A stretch of 64,000 nucleotides of DNA from an uncultured Bacteroidia bacterium (GTDB lineage: Bacteria; Bacteroidota; Bacteroidia; NS11-12g; UBA955). Position numbers and translations under genes: made by a program. Location: NCBI GenBank assembly GCA_943788195.1, contig CALSPH010000002.1, forward strand, positions 526,004 to 590,003, in the 5' to 3' direction. Shown in pieces: positions 10,553 to 20,481 of this stretch (its first letter is position 1; each line of letters begins with the position of its first letter). Below the pieces are notes generated by a model. That model saw only the letters and a list, made by a program, of their open reading frames with translations, was not told the DNA's origin and searched no databases.

Positions 10553-10555
10553 GGT

Positions 10556-11893
10556 TTAAAGTGATTTTACAGCTGCCTTAAACTGTCTTCCACGATCTTC
10601 ATAACTATCAAACAAGTCAAAACTTGCACATGCTGGAGACAACAATACGGTATCACCTTTTTTTGCCATTCGATAGGCTGCAGTAACCGCATCGTATGCA
10701 GATGTCGTATTCATAATCATTTCTACATCACCTGCGAATGCTTGATGAATCTTAAGGTTGTTTTCACCTAAACAAATTATCATTCGGACTTTTTTACGCA
10801 CAAGATCTTTAATCTTAGCATAATCATTCCCTTTGTCTACGCCACCAGCTATCCAAATGACGGGCTCATCTGCACTTTCTAGTGCATACCAGGCCGAGTT
10901 CACATTGGTTGCCTTGCTGTCATTGACATATTTTACCCCACCGATGGTAGCTACGTTTTCAAGCCGGTGTTCAATATTCTCAAAACTAAGTAGGCTGTTT
11001 CTTACCACTTCGTTTTTAATGTTGAGCACGTTGCCCATGATTGCAGCAGCCATACTGTTGTAAGTGTTGTGCAAACCTTGTAATCCTAATTGTTGTACGT
11101 TCATATTAAATGTGTTTTTATTGTTTATGGTTATTGTTAATTCGTCATTATTTAACCAGGCACCTTCATCCACTTTTTCTTCAATTGAAAATGTGAGCAC
11201 CTTGGCATCAATGTTTTTGGGTATATATAGTTCAGTCAATTCATCATCTTGACAGTAGATGAAAAACTGGTCGTGCCTTTGATTTTGTGCGATTCTAAAT
11301 TTAGATTCGGCATACAACGTTTCACTGAACTTGTATCGATCTAAATGGTCTGGAGTGATATTACAGAGTATCGCAACATCTGGAGCAAATGAATAGCAAT
11401 TATCCAGTTGGAAACTGCTCACCTCAATAGCATAATATGGTGCTGGGTCAGTCGCCACTGCTTTAGCAAAACTTTGTCCAATATTTCCAACCAAGCGAAC
11501 TTCCAAACCTGCTTTTTTAAGTATGTCATAGCACAAACTGGTAGTGGTAGTTTTACCATTGGTGCCGGTGACTGCAATTAATTTACTTGTCGTGTTTCTG
11601 GCGGCAAATTCTATTTCAGAGATCACTTCAATTCCTTTATCATAGGCTACTTGAACAGCAGTTACCTCTTCAGAAATTCCCGGACTTTTTACCACCAAAC
11701 CTGCAATCAATAGTTTAATCATATCATGCCCTCCTTCTTCAAACGGTATGGCATTTTGTTCCAGCTCAGACTTAAATGTTGGCTTTATGGTGCCAAAATC
11801 AGACACCCAAACCTCATGACCTAGTTTTTGGGCAAGCAGAGCTGCACCAATCCCTGATTCTCCAGCACCTAATATGTAAACCAGCTCTTTCAA
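10556..11893 (-). CDS. murD: UDP-N-acetylmuramoylalanine--D-glutamate ligase
   Basis: ILGAGESGIGAA Rossmann-like N-terminus and GTNGKTTT P-loop. dcw position. Confidence 0.95.
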   Translation of the reverse strand: MKELVYILGAGESGIGAALLAQKLGHEVWVSDFGTIKPTFKSELEQNAIPFEEGGHDMIKLLIAGLVVKSPGISEEVTAVQVAYDKGIEVISEIEFAARNTTSKLIAVTGTNGKTTTTSLCYDILKKAGLEVRLVGNIGQSFAKAVATDPAPYYAIEVSSFQLDNCYSFAPDVAILCNITPDHLDRYKFSETLYAESKFRIAQNQRHDQFFIYCQDDELTELYIPKNIDAKVLTFSIEEKVDEGAWLNNDELTITINNKNTFNMNVQQLGLQGLHNTYNSMAAAIMGNVLNIKNEVVRNSLLSFENIEHRLENVATIGGVKYVNDSKATNVNSAWYALESADEPVIWIAGGVDKGNDYAKIKDLVRKKVRMIICLGENNLKIHQAFAGDVEMIMNTTSAYDAVTAAYRMAKKGDTVLLSPACASFDLFDSYEDRGRQFKAAVKSL

Positions 11894-11894
11894 T

Positions 11895-13154
11895 TTATCT
11901 TAGTTTGATGGTTGCTAGGGTTATGATGGCCAATAAAATTCCTACGATCCAAAAGCGAGCTACTATTTTGGGCTCAGGAATTCCTTTCTTTTGATAGTGA
12001 TGATGCAAGGGTGACATCAGAAAAACTCTTTTCCCTTCACCATATCGTTTCTTGGTATACTTGAAATAAGCAACTTGTATCATGACGGAAAGATTCTCTG
12101 CCAGGAAAATTCCACATAAAATAGGAATCAATAATTCTTTGCGGATTACTAAGGCAAACACTGCGATTATTCCGCCAATGGTAAGACTTCCCGTATCACC
12201 CATGAAAACTTGGGCTGGGTATACATTGTACCATAAAAACCCAATGCAAGCCCCTACAAAAGCACCGGCAAATATGGCCAGCTCTCCCAGATGAGGTATA
12301 AAAAAGATATTTAAGTAATTGGCAAATATGTATGACCCTGATAAGTAACTTAATAATCCCAATGTGACTCCGACAATTGCACTTGTACCTGCGGCTAAAC
12401 CATCCATGCCATCCGTTAGATTAGCACCATTACTTACTGCAATGAGCACAATAGAAACGATGAGTATAAAAGGCAGCCAAGCATACTTTTGATAATTATC
12501 ACCAGCTAATCCTATTATTTTAGCATAGTCAAACTCCGCGCTTTTCAGAAAAGGGACATTGGTTTTAACCGACTTTTCATCTTTCACATAATAATTTACT
12601 TCGCCATCTTTGCCCATAACGGCTTCATACGTGTTGTCATTAATCACTTCTGCCGATGCCTTTTCCGCATCAACACGAGATCGAGTAACAATAGATGGAT
12701 GCCAAAACATGGTGGCTCCAATTGCTATACCCAACAGAAGCTGCGCAATAACTTTGTATCGCCCAGACAGACCTTCCTTGTTCTTTTTAAACACCTTGAT
12801 ATAATCATCTAAGAAGCCGACCATACCTAACCATACCGTTGTGCAAAGCATCATAATGATATAGATGTTACTCAAGCGAGCAAATAGCAAGGTTGGAATA
12901 ATGATCGCAGCGATGATGATTAACCCACCCATGGTTGGCGTACCACTCTTTTTCTGCTCGTCTTTAATCCCTAAGTTTCGGATGGTTTCCCCGATTTGAC
13001 GTTGGCTTAGAACTAGAATCAAACGCTTTCCAAAAACAAGCGAAATCAATAATGAAAGTATGGTTGCAGCCGCGGTGCGAAAGGAGATGTACTGAAAGAC
13101 TCCCATCCCTGGCACGTGCAATTGTTCTAAGTAATCGAAAAAATAGTATAACAT
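11895..13154 (-). CDS. mraY: Phospho-N-acetylmuramoyl-pentapeptide transferase
   Basis: [10 protein letters not shown] and FMGDTGSL motifs. Polytopic membrane protein. Confidence 0.96.
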   Translation of the reverse strand: MLYYFFDYLEQLHVPGMGVFQYISFRTAAATILSLLISLVFGKRLILVLSQRQIGETIRNLGIKDEQKKSGTPTMGGLIIIAAIIIPTLLFARLSNIYIIMMLCTTVWLGMVGFLDDYIKVFKKNKEGLSGRYKVIAQLLLGIAIGATMFWHPSIVTRSRVDAEKASAEVINDNTYEAVMGKDGEVNYYVKDEKSVKTNVPFLKSAEFDYAKIIGLAGDNYQKYAWLPFILIVSIVLIAVSNGANLTDGMDGLAAGTSAIVGVTLGLLSYLSGSYIFANYLNIFFIPHLGELAIFAGAFVGACIGFLWYNVYPAQVFMGDTGSLTIGGIIAVFALVIRKELLIPILCGIFLAENLSVMIQVAYFKYTKKRYGEGKRVFLMSPLHHHYQKKGIPEPKIVARFWIVGILLAIITLATIKLR

Positions 13155-13157
13155 AGT

Positions 13158-14618
13158 TTACTTGTCTAATTCGTTAAATAATTCCTTTAAAATCACGCGG
13201 TCATCGAAAGGGTATTTCGTTCCTTTAATTTCCTGATACGTCTCATGCCCTTTTCCTGCTATAACCAGAATATCTCCCTTACTTGCCATCATAATTGCTG
13301 AACGAATGGCCTGCTTGCGATCGCTGATACTGATCATTTTTCGTTTGTGTTCGATAGGAATACCTGCTTCAATTTCTTGAATGATGCTTTCCGGTTCTTC
13401 GTCCCTTGGATTGTCAGAAGTGATGACCACTTTATCCGAAAGGCGTGCCGCAGCCTTACCCATTTCTGGACGTTTTTCTTTATCTCGATTACCTCCGCAG
13501 CCGAAAATGGTATAAAGCGTTTCATTCTTCGTGCGAATCCCGTTAACGCTCTCTAACAAGTTTTCCAATGCATCTGGGGTATGCGCATAATCTATTATGC
13601 CAATTAAACCGGTAGTCGATTTTATAATTTCAAACCTGCCTGGAACGCGACCAACTTTGGTAAGGCCCGTAATAATTTCTTCCTGAGACTTGCCTAACAA
13701 AAAAGCCACTCCATACACCAACAATAAATTGGACGCATTAAACCTTCCAGTTAGTTGATACCATGCTTCCATGCGATTAATATCCAATAACATCCCAGCC
13801 ATATCCATTTCAATTACGCGGCCTTTAAAATCAGCCGGTTTACTTACGGAATAATAGAACTTGGCGGCTTTTGAATTCTGAAGCATCACTGATCCGTTTT
13901 TATCATCTTTATTGGTAAGACTATATGATGTGCTTGGTAAGGAATCGAATAACTTCTTCTTTGCATCGCGATATTCTGCAAAGGTTTTATGGTAATCTAA
14001 ATGGTCGTGGGATAAATTGGTAAACCCAGCTACTTCAATTGCTAAACCGCTTAATCGGTTTTGATCTATTGCATGGCTACTGGCTTCCATAAAACAGTAA
14101 TCACAACCTGCATCTACCATCTTTTTAAGGTACCCTTGAACGGCTATTGCGTTGGGCGTAGTGTGTGTTGCCTGATACACCTTCTTGCCTACTTTTACTT
14201 CTACAGTGGAAAGCAAGCCACAGGTGTGCCCCAAATTGGTAAATAAATCATACAGCAATGATGTGCATGTAGTCTTGCCATTGGTCCCTGTTATAGCCAC
14301 CACTTCCAACTCACTAGAAGGGTTGCCATAGAAAGTGCTGGCTAATCGACCTAGATTTTCAGAAACGTTACTGACCATAACATAACTCACCCCTTCAATT
14401 TGCGCCTCGGGGAGTGTGCTGCACAGTATAACTTGAGCACCTGCAGTAATACTCGCATCAATAAAGTCATGCCCATCCACTTGCGTACCTGGTAAGGCTG
14501 CATATAAGAAACCTTTTTCAACTTGTCTTGAATCGAGTGTTAAACCCAACACCTCAACCTCAACACTTCCATGCAATTGAACTGGTTCGATATGTTGCAG
14601 AAGCATTTCTAATTTCAT
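13158..14618 (-). CDS. murE: UDP-N-acetylmuramoyl-tripeptide synthetase (meso-DAP or L-Lys adding)
   Basis: GTNGKTT P-loop and the ITSDNPRDEEP (DNPR) motif typical of MurE. Overlaps ftsI by 4 nt. Confidence 0.95.
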   Translation of the reverse strand: MKLEMLLQHIEPVQLHGSVEVEVLGLTLDSRQVEKGFLYAALPGTQVDGHDFIDASITAGAQVILCSTLPEAQIEGVSYVMVSNVSENLGRLASTFYGNPSSELEVVAITGTNGKTTCTSLLYDLFTNLGHTCGLLSTVEVKVGKKVYQATHTTPNAIAVQGYLKKMVDAGCDYCFMEASSHAIDQNRLSGLAIEVAGFTNLSHDHLDYHKTFAEYRDAKKKLFDSLPSTSYSLTNKDDKNGSVMLQNSKAAKFYYSVSKPADFKGRVIEMDMAGMLLDINRMEAWYQLTGRFNASNLLLVYGVAFLLGKSQEEIITGLTKVGRVPGRFEIIKSTTGLIGIIDYAHTPDALENLLESVNGIRTKNETLYTIFGCGGNRDKEKRPEMGKAAARLSDKVVITSDNPRDEEPESIIQEIEAGIPIEHKRKMISISDRKQAIRSAIMMASKGDILVIAGKGHETYQEIKGTKYPFDDRVILKELFNELDK

Positions 14619-16711
14619 GGCTTCAAACGAATTAATATGGTGGAACCTTTTATGATTTGTGACCCTGATGGAATGGATTGGGTATTCACTTTTCCGTAGC
14701 CTTGAACTCGGACTTTCAAACCCCTGCTTTCAAGAATATAAACCGCATCTCTTAAGCCCCATCCTATTACATTGGGCACTTTAGATTTTGCTGGCACCTT
14801 TTCTACGAATACCACCGCCAAACCGCGCTTAGCAGTGCTGCCCCATTCGGGCCATGAATCTTGTTTAGGATGCGAGCTGATTCCCATTTTGTTCAGCACA
14901 GAACGGGCTTCTACCGTATAACCTCCTTTAACCCAAGGAATTTGTGCAGTTTCTTCTTTGCTCTCAATCGGTTTTGAATATGCCACAGTTGCATACACTT
15001 TATCTGCTACCTCTCTGAAAACGGGACCAGCCACTAGCGATCCATAATACACACCCATAGAAGGACGATTGACCACTACATAGCAAGTATATTTGGGATT
15101 GTAAGCAGGGAAATAGCCTGCAAAACTGGCGGTATGTGATGTTTTACTAAACCCTTTTGAACCCAATGCTACTTGAGCAGTTCCTGTTTTACCGGCTACT
15201 TTCAAGCCCAGGTCTTTCAGGTTTGTGGCAGTTCCATTTTCTACCACGCCTTCCATCAAACCTTGCAATTGTTTTGCGGTAGACTTGGAACATATCGCAC
15301 GTTCCAATACTTGCGGTTCAAATTTTTCAATACTTCGACCCGCGTCTTTAATGGCACTGATTAAATAAGGCTTCATCATTTTGCCATCATTTGCAATGGC
15401 ATTATAAAATGCTGCGATCTGCATTGGATTTAACAACACCTCATAACCAATAGACATCCAAGGCAAGGTTGTTCCAGACCATCCTGGCTGACCAGGCGCC
15501 TTAACCAATGGACTTGACTCACCCTTAATCTCGAAACCCAGCTTACGATCCAAATGAGCATTTTTGATATGCTTCAGATACGCTTGCGGATTATCTTTAT
15601 AGGCCGCCATGATTGCTTTAGAAGTTCCTACATTTGAAGACCTTTCAAAGCATTCTCGCAGTGTTTGAAATTGCCGCTTAGGACGAGAGGCATCTACCAT
15701 TTCTTGATCGTAGTATTTGGTACGGCCTCCTTCAATGTCAATCGAATCAGACAATTCTGCCTTTCCATCTTCTAACAATGCCATAAAAGACATCAGTTTA
15801 AACGTACTACCCGGATCTGTAGATTCTCCTATTGCATAATTATACGTTTCAGCATAACTGCCATCTTTTTGGCGTTCCAAATTGGCAATGGCTTTTACTG
15901 CTCCGGTTTCTACTTCAAGTAGAACAACACAACCGTGATGCGCGTTATTTTTAACCAATGTTCTATAAAGTGCATCTTCAGCAACGTCTTGTAATTCAAT
16001 ATCAATGGTTGTGTATACATCCAATCCATCTTTTGGGTCAACCCCATTTTGATCCGCTACGGGCTTCCATACCCCACCATACATCTTTTCTTCTAAACGC
16101 TGTCCTTGTACTCCAGCTAAAATGCTATCAAAAGCTCCTTCAACACCCACATGATAAGTCTCTCTGCTAAACCCAACAGTCCTAGCCGCTAAAATACCAT
16201 AGGGCATTTTTCTGCTGCTCTTTTCCTCCAAAATAAGCCCACCTTTATATTTCCCTTTTCTAAAAATCGGCCACTTGCGTATATCCTTTGCTAGGCTAAA
16301 TCCAATATTGCGTTTTAAACGCAGGTATCTGCTTCCTTGACTTCGTGCCTTGCGCAAATCTCTTTGCCAATCTTGTTCAGGCTTTATGCCAAAATGCACG
16401 CTCAATAAAAATGCAAGGCTGTCAACTTTTTCTTCAAAAAGCGCATTGCTAATACCACTAGCGCGACTATCCCAATACACATCAAAACGAGGCAATGAAG
16501 TAGCTAATAATTCCCCGTTTGCAGCATATATATTCCCTCGCGAAGCTTCTACCTCATTATATCGTATACTTTGCTCCAGACTTAATTTCTTCCATTTGTC
16601 TTTCTCTACGAATTGAAGTTTGATGATTTGACCAATTACGAAAACGCCAAATATCACCACCAACAAAAAGCTAATGTATACACGAGTCAATATGGACTTC
16701 TTGATGTTCAT
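14615..16711 (-). CDS. ftsI: Class B penicillin-binding protein / septal transpeptidase FtsI with C-terminal PASTA-like domain
   Basis: N-terminal TM anchor. Transpeptidase motifs GSTFK, SSN (ERSSNVG) and KTGT. The C-terminal ~65 aa (VPNVIGWGLRDAVYILESRGLKVRVQGYGKV...) look PASTA-like. Confidence 0.93.
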   Translation of the reverse strand: MNIKKSILTRVYISFLLVVIFGVFVIGQIIKLQFVEKDKWKKLSLEQSIRYNEVEASRGNIYAANGELLATSLPRFDVYWDSRASGISNALFEEKVDSLAFLLSVHFGIKPEQDWQRDLRKARSQGSRYLRLKRNIGFSLAKDIRKWPIFRKGKYKGGLILEEKSSRKMPYGILAARTVGFSRETYHVGVEGAFDSILAGVQGQRLEEKMYGGVWKPVADQNGVDPKDGLDVYTTIDIELQDVAEDALYRTLVKNNAHHGCVVLLEVETGAVKAIANLERQKDGSYAETYNYAIGESTDPGSTFKLMSFMALLEDGKAELSDSIDIEGGRTKYYDQEMVDASRPKRQFQTLRECFERSSNVGTSKAIMAAYKDNPQAYLKHIKNAHLDRKLGFEIKGESSPLVKAPGQPGWSGTTLPWMSIGYEVLLNPMQIAAFYNAIANDGKMMKPYLISAIKDAGRSIEKFEPQVLERAICSKSTAKQLQGLMEGVVENGTATNLKDLGLKVAGKTGTAQVALGSKGFSKTSHTASFAGYFPAYNPKYTCYVVVNRPSMGVYYGSLVAGPVFREVADKVYATVAYSKPIESKEETAQIPWVKGGYTVEARSVLNKMGISSHPKQDSWPEWGSTAKRGLAVVFVEKVPAKSKVPNVIGWGLRDAVYILESRGLKVRVQGYGKVNTQSIPSGSQIIKGSTILIRLKP

Positions 16712-17061
16712 TTTTTCTTCTCAACCAAGTAAGGAGGCTGTCTCAATTCTTTAATTTCTTTATCCTTTAACCCTTTGGCCAACTCAGAAGCTTTAGTCTT
16801 TTTCGCCAATTCGGCCTTCAGGCTTACATACTCTGCTTGAATCTCTTTGAGATCTTGCTTTGTATCCTTGATTTTCCGCATGGTTTTTACATGATAATGC
16901 GAATTGGCGATGTAGATGATTACAAACAATACGAAAGCAATGAGATACACCATCGTGCTAGATAACGTTGCCCGGTCCATGTTAAACCCTTCGGAAAGCG
17001 TATTGGTCAAAGACCCCTTCTTTACTTGCTTCTTTTTGGTATGGATGGGCTTGTTCTTCAC
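16708..17061 (-). CDS. FtsL-like small bitopic cell-division protein
   Basis: 117 aa with a basic N-terminus, one TM segment (MVYLIAFVLFVIIYIA) and a coiled-coil tail. Lies between rsmH and ftsI. Overlaps ftsI by 4 nt. Confidence 0.8.
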   Translation of the reverse strand: MKNKPIHTKKKQVKKGSLTNTLSEGFNMDRATLSSTMVYLIAFVLFVIIYIANSHYHVKTMRKIKDTKQDLKEIQAEYVSLKAELAKKTKASELAKGLKDKEIKELRQPPYLVEKKK

Positions 17062-17067
17062 GAATTT

Positions 17068-17961
17068 TTATAATTTTATTGCTACTCTTAATTTTGCACT
17101 TCGCGCTCTCGTATTTTGCGCTAATTCCGCTTCGTCCGCCACGATAGGTTTACGGTTCATTTCCTTAAAGGGTCGGATCACATTGCCATATAAATCCTTT
17201 TCCACATCTCCCTTAATATTCCCAGATTGTACCCATCGCTTAACCAATCGGTCTTCTAAAGAATGATAGCTCATTACTACTGCACGGCCATCTTCTTTAA
17301 TTACGTGCTTCAATTGTTCCAAAAAATCAGTCAATGCAGCCATTTCATCATTGATATAAATACGTAAGGCTTGAAATACTTTGGCTAAATAGGCATAAAG
17401 CTTATGCTTAGGAGCTACCCGTTCACATGCATCAGCCAAATCTTGAGTTGTTTGCATGGGCTGCGACTTCAAAATCTCATTGGCCAGCATTTTTGCGTTT
17501 TTAATCTCTCCGAAAGCGCTAAGCACATGCACTAATTCAGCAACAGAAACCTCGGTTAACCATTTTGAAACAGACACCCCCTTGGTTGTGTCCATACGCA
17601 TATCTAATGGACCCTCCTGCATAAAGGCAAATCCACGTTCCTTTTCATCAATTTGATGGGAGGACACTCCCAAGTCTGCCAATAAGCCATCTACAGGTAT
17701 CGCATTAAAGTATTCTAGATATTGCTGTGTAAATCGAAAGTTTGATTTAATTAATATCAGACGATCATCATCGATTGCTTGAGCTAGGGCATCATCATCC
17801 TGATCAAAAGCATACAATTTTCCTTGCTTTCCTAAACGGGCTAAAATCTCCTTACTATGCCCACCGCCCCCGTAAGTCACATCGACATAGGTTCCATTGG
17901 GTTTTATATTTAAGGCTTCAATACACTGAGATAACATTACAGGCTGGTGATAGCTACTCAT
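17068..17961 (-). CDS. rsmH: 16S rRNA (cytosine1402-N4)-methyltransferase
   Basis: MSSYHQPVML start typical of the family, DVTYGGGGHS SAM motif and SYHSLEDR motif. ATG 17961 overlaps the mraZ stop (ATGAGTAG). The track start at 18075 would run 120 nt into mraZ. Confidence 0.93.
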   Translation of the reverse strand: MSSYHQPVMLSQCIEALNIKPNGTYVDVTYGGGGHSKEILARLGKQGKLYAFDQDDDALAQAIDDDRLILIKSNFRFTQQYLEYFNAIPVDGLLADLGVSSHQIDEKERGFAFMQEGPLDMRMDTTKGVSVSKWLTEVSVAELVHVLSAFGEIKNAKMLANEILKSQPMQTTQDLADACERVAPKHKLYAYLAKVFQALRIYINDEMAALTDFLEQLKHVIKEDGRAVVMSYHSLEDRLVKRWVQSGNIKGDVEKDLYGNVIRPFKEMNRKPIVADEAELAQNTRARSAKLRVAIKL

Positions 17962-18427
17962 CGTTATCGTTCCCTTTATTGTGATGAGCACCCAGCAGCT
18001 TCTCCGCAGCCAAGGCGAAGTCATCTGCATTAATTTCCAGTTCAGACACAAAGGTCTTTTTGTCCCATATTTCAATCTTACTGCCGTAAGCGCTCACTAC
18101 CGCTTCACCCGAAAGGCCCGCATAATCCATTAATTTCTTTGGCAACAAGACTCTACCCGCGTTATCAATCTGAACCATATTTGCTCCATTATTAAACACA
18201 CGGATAAACTTTCTAGCTTCTCTATTAAACTCATTTAAGATATTGAGCTTGGCCGTTTCTGCCACCCAATCAGCCTTGGTGTAAAGCACCAAGCATTTTT
18301 CAAATCCCCGATTCACTACCATGGCCGCTGCACTCTTATTGGGAATTTGCGAGCGCAACTTAGCGGGCAAAAACAATCTGCCTTTGCTATCTAACTTACA
18401 ATCAAATTCTCCAATATAGTTTGCCAC
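17954..18427 (-). CDS. mraZ: Transcriptional regulator MraZ
   Basis: Two SpoVT/AbrB-like repeats with DxxxR motifs (DSKGRLFLPAKLR and DNAGRVLLPKKL). First gene of the dcw cluster. Confidence 0.95.
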   Translation of the reverse strand: MANYIGEFDCKLDSKGRLFLPAKLRSQIPNKSAAAMVVNRGFEKCLVLYTKADWVAETAKLNILNEFNREARKFIRVFNNGANMVQIDNAGRVLLPKKLMDYAGLSGEAVVSAYGSKIEIWDKKTFVSELEINADDFALAAEKLLGAHHNKGNDNDE

Positions 18428-18452
18428 GAGGGTGTTTTGGTTTTTGTTTGGT

Positions 18453-18460
18453 CAAAAATA
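18453..18460 (-). promoter_or_regulatory. -7 promoter box TATTTTTG of the mraZ/dcw operon
   Basis: The reverse complement of caaaaata is TATTTTTG, an exact TAnnTTTG match. It lies about 26 nt upstream of the mraZ ATG (18427). Confidence 0.5.
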
Positions 18461-18470
18461 ATCCAATAAT

Positions 18471-18500
18471 TCCCACTTTTTACCACTTTCTCCCACTTTT
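18471..18500 (-). promoter_or_regulatory. Putative MraZ operator: three tandem 10-nt direct repeats
   Basis: The minus strand reads AAAAGTGGGA GAAAGTGGTA AAAAGTGGGA. The GTGG cores are spaced exactly 10 nt apart (plus-strand CCAC at 18473, 18483 and 18493). They sit immediately upstream of the -7 box, over the expected -33 region. This matches the published MraZ-box concept of phased TGGGN / AAAGTG repeats. Confidence 0.6.
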
Positions 18501-18746
18501 ATGCATACTTTTTCCACCAACATTCATAACTAGTTGATTATATGATAATTACACCGTTTTATTTGACCAGTTTTTACCTAGATTTTTAAAACGCCATCCT
18601 TATTTCCCCTTGATATCCATAATTTTATAGGGTAATTGCCAAAGTCGCGGACGGCATACTAGTGCAATCGCTTAAAATCTAACCTTCATCGTATGCTGAA
18701 AAATATTCTTACTTAATTTTACTATTTTCGCTTTAAACCCAAAATC

Positions 18747-18956
18747 ATGAGCAGCAGTACTTCAAAAAAGAAAAACAAGATCCGTCAAAAACTGGATGAG
18801 TTTACCTTATACGGTCTTAAATCATACCGAAAATATATCGTCAATGAACTAGAAAGCACCCCAAAAACGAAGCTCAAAAGGGCCTATCGAGCTTACCTGG
18901 ACAAGGAGCTTGAACGTAGCACCAAGAAGATTAAGAAATTGAAAAAGCGGATTTAA
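18747..18956 (+). CDS. Small lysine-rich hypothetical protein (69 aa)
   Basis: ATG-initiated ORF, strongly basic and helical (KKKNKIRQKL...KKIKKLKKRI). No family recognised. Divergent from mraZ. Confidence 0.45.
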   Translation: MSSSTSKKKNKIRQKLDEFTLYGLKSYRKYIVNELESTPKTKLKRAYRAYLDKELERSTKKIKKLKKRI

Positions 18957-18968
18957 TATCTCCAGTTC

Positions 18969-19262
18969 ATGAAATTCAAACAAACTGAACACGATGCATT
19001 TAAAAATAAAATTGAACAGTTGGGGTTGAATTACCTGGATTTTACTTTTACTAAGAAAAAGGGATGGCTAAGCATCCAGCATGAGCTTACTAAAACTCCT
19101 TTTGCGTTTCATCGCAAAACAGAGACTTCATTGAATAAAGATGGCACATGGAGAAATCAAAATCATTATTTCACATTGGATAATGGGATCAAAACACAGT
19201 TTGATTCATTCGAGTCAATTCTGAACCATTTTCGCCTTTGGCTCAGGCAAATTCATGTGTAA
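18969..19262 (+). CDS. Hypothetical protein (97 aa)
   Basis: ORF starts 12 nt after the previous stop. No family recognised. Its 3' end overlaps the convergent dehydratase gene by 10 nt. Confidence 0.45.
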   Translation: MKFKQTEHDAFKNKIEQLGLNYLDFTFTKKKGWLSIQHELTKTPFAFHRKTETSLNKDGTWRNQNHYFTLDNGIKTQFDSFESILNHFRLWLRQIHV

Positions 19263-19498
19263 TTAGCATACTCCTTATCCATTATATCCGCTAATTCACG
19301 ATCCTTAGCAGTTACGGTATTACCCGCATCATGGGTTTGCAGTTGCACTCTAATTTGATTGTAGGTATTCTGCCATGTGGGGTGATGGTTTATCTCAGCA
19401 ATCTGAGGCACCAAGGCTTGCATAAAGGACATGGCATCCTCAAATTGCTTGAAAATAAACGTCTTTTCCAGTCTATTATTCACTTCGTTCCATTCCAT
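19253..19498 (-). CDS. phhB: 4a-hydroxytetrahydrobiopterin (pterin-4-alpha-carbinolamine) dehydratase
   Basis: 81 aa with the family core INHHPTWQNTYNQIRVQLQTHDAGNTVTAKDRELA. Confidence 0.85.
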   Translation of the reverse strand: MEWNEVNNRLEKTFIFKQFEDAMSFMQALVPQIAEINHHPTWQNTYNQIRVQLQTHDAGNTVTAKDRELADIMDKEYANYT

Positions 19499-19668
19499 AG
19501 GGTAAAGGTAAACATAATATTTCGCTCATTAATACCGTTAGGATTGCAAAATATGGATGTAAAATCAATATTAGCACCTGATGAACTCCATTTAAAAAAT
19601 ATTTTATACCACTTCTTAGATTTTTTTTCATAACTTCGGACAGACCACTTTAATCAAACTAAAAGCCT

Positions 19669-20481
19669 ATGAATACAAAATTTACTCAAATTATTGCTGC
19701 TTATGTACCTTCACCGTCTAGTCGCACTGCCTTAAAACATGCACGAGACCTTGCGCAACGGCATGATGCTAATATAACTGTTCTGAATGTAAACCCGGAG
19801 AAATCACCTGCAGGACAAGTTAAGTCAGAAGTAGAGGAAATTATGGCAGATTCCAATGTTCATTTCATTATTCTTGAAAAAAAGGGTAAACCTTATAAAG
19901 AGGTATTGGCCCTGGAAAAGGAACTAGAAGCTGATTTAATTGTAATGGGAACCCATGGAAGCAAGGACCGAGATCCAGATTGGATTGGAGGGAATGCGTT
20001 TAAAGTTTTATCCGCATCGCGATGCCCTGTGATTACGTTTACACCTGATCATAAAAACGATGGCTTTAAAAACATCGTTCTTCCAATTGCTGATGCCAGT
20101 GAAACCCGGCAAAAAGTACCTTTGACGGTTACCTTGGCCAAGGCGTATAACGCTACGGTTCATATTGCGATCGTGAACAAGAACGAAGACCCTTCTGTTA
20201 TTAACACATTAAAAATTTATGCTGGACAAGCTGAAGGTTATTGTATTGATCATGGTGTTGATTTTACGTATAAAGAAATTTATAACAAAAACATTTCAGA
20301 GGCATGTGTTGATTACGCCAATGAAATTGGGGCAGATTTAATCTCCATCATGAGTGAGAGAGAATCACCTACTGGTTTTTTTATGGGACATTATGCTCAG
20401 CAACTGGTAAACAAGTCAAATATTTCAGTCCTGACCATGCACGTTAAAAACACACGGATTGCAGGTGGTGGCGGATATTAG
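19669..20481 (+). CDS. Universal stress protein, tandem Usp domains
   Basis: Two Usp-like halves. Contains the DLIVMGTHGS motif and a GGGGY C-terminus. Confidence 0.8.
   Translation: MNTKFTQIIAAYVPSPSSRTALKHARDLAQRHDANITVLNVNPEKSPAGQVKSEVEEIMADSNVHFIILEKKGKPYKEVLALEKELEADLIVMGTHGSKDRDPDWIGGNAFKVLSASRCPVITFTPDHKNDGFKNIVLPIADASETRQKVPLTVTLAKAYNATVHIAIVNKNEDPSVINTLKIYAGQAEGYCIDHGVDFTYKEIYNKNISEACVDYANEIGADLISIMSERESPTGFFMGHYAQQLVNKSNISVLTMHVKNTRIAGGGGY

Noticed and set aside
17962-18075. N-terminal extensions proposed by the ORF track: rsmH to 18075, murG to 9432, ftsQ to 7012, lemA to 27061, the Omp28-like gene to 42803 and the L,D-transpeptidase-like gene to 47969.
   Set aside because: Each extension runs into the upstream gene or a promoter box and lacks family-typical sequence. 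Internal ATGs give canonical N-termini or signal peptides and the ATGA/ATGnnTAG-type overlaps seen across the cluster.
3504-18427. Absence of murF and ddl from the dcw cluster as a possible anomaly.
   Set aside because: From established knowledge, Bacteroidota dcw clusters typically run murE-mraY-murD without murF or ddl, which are encoded elsewhere. This is not unusual for the phylum.
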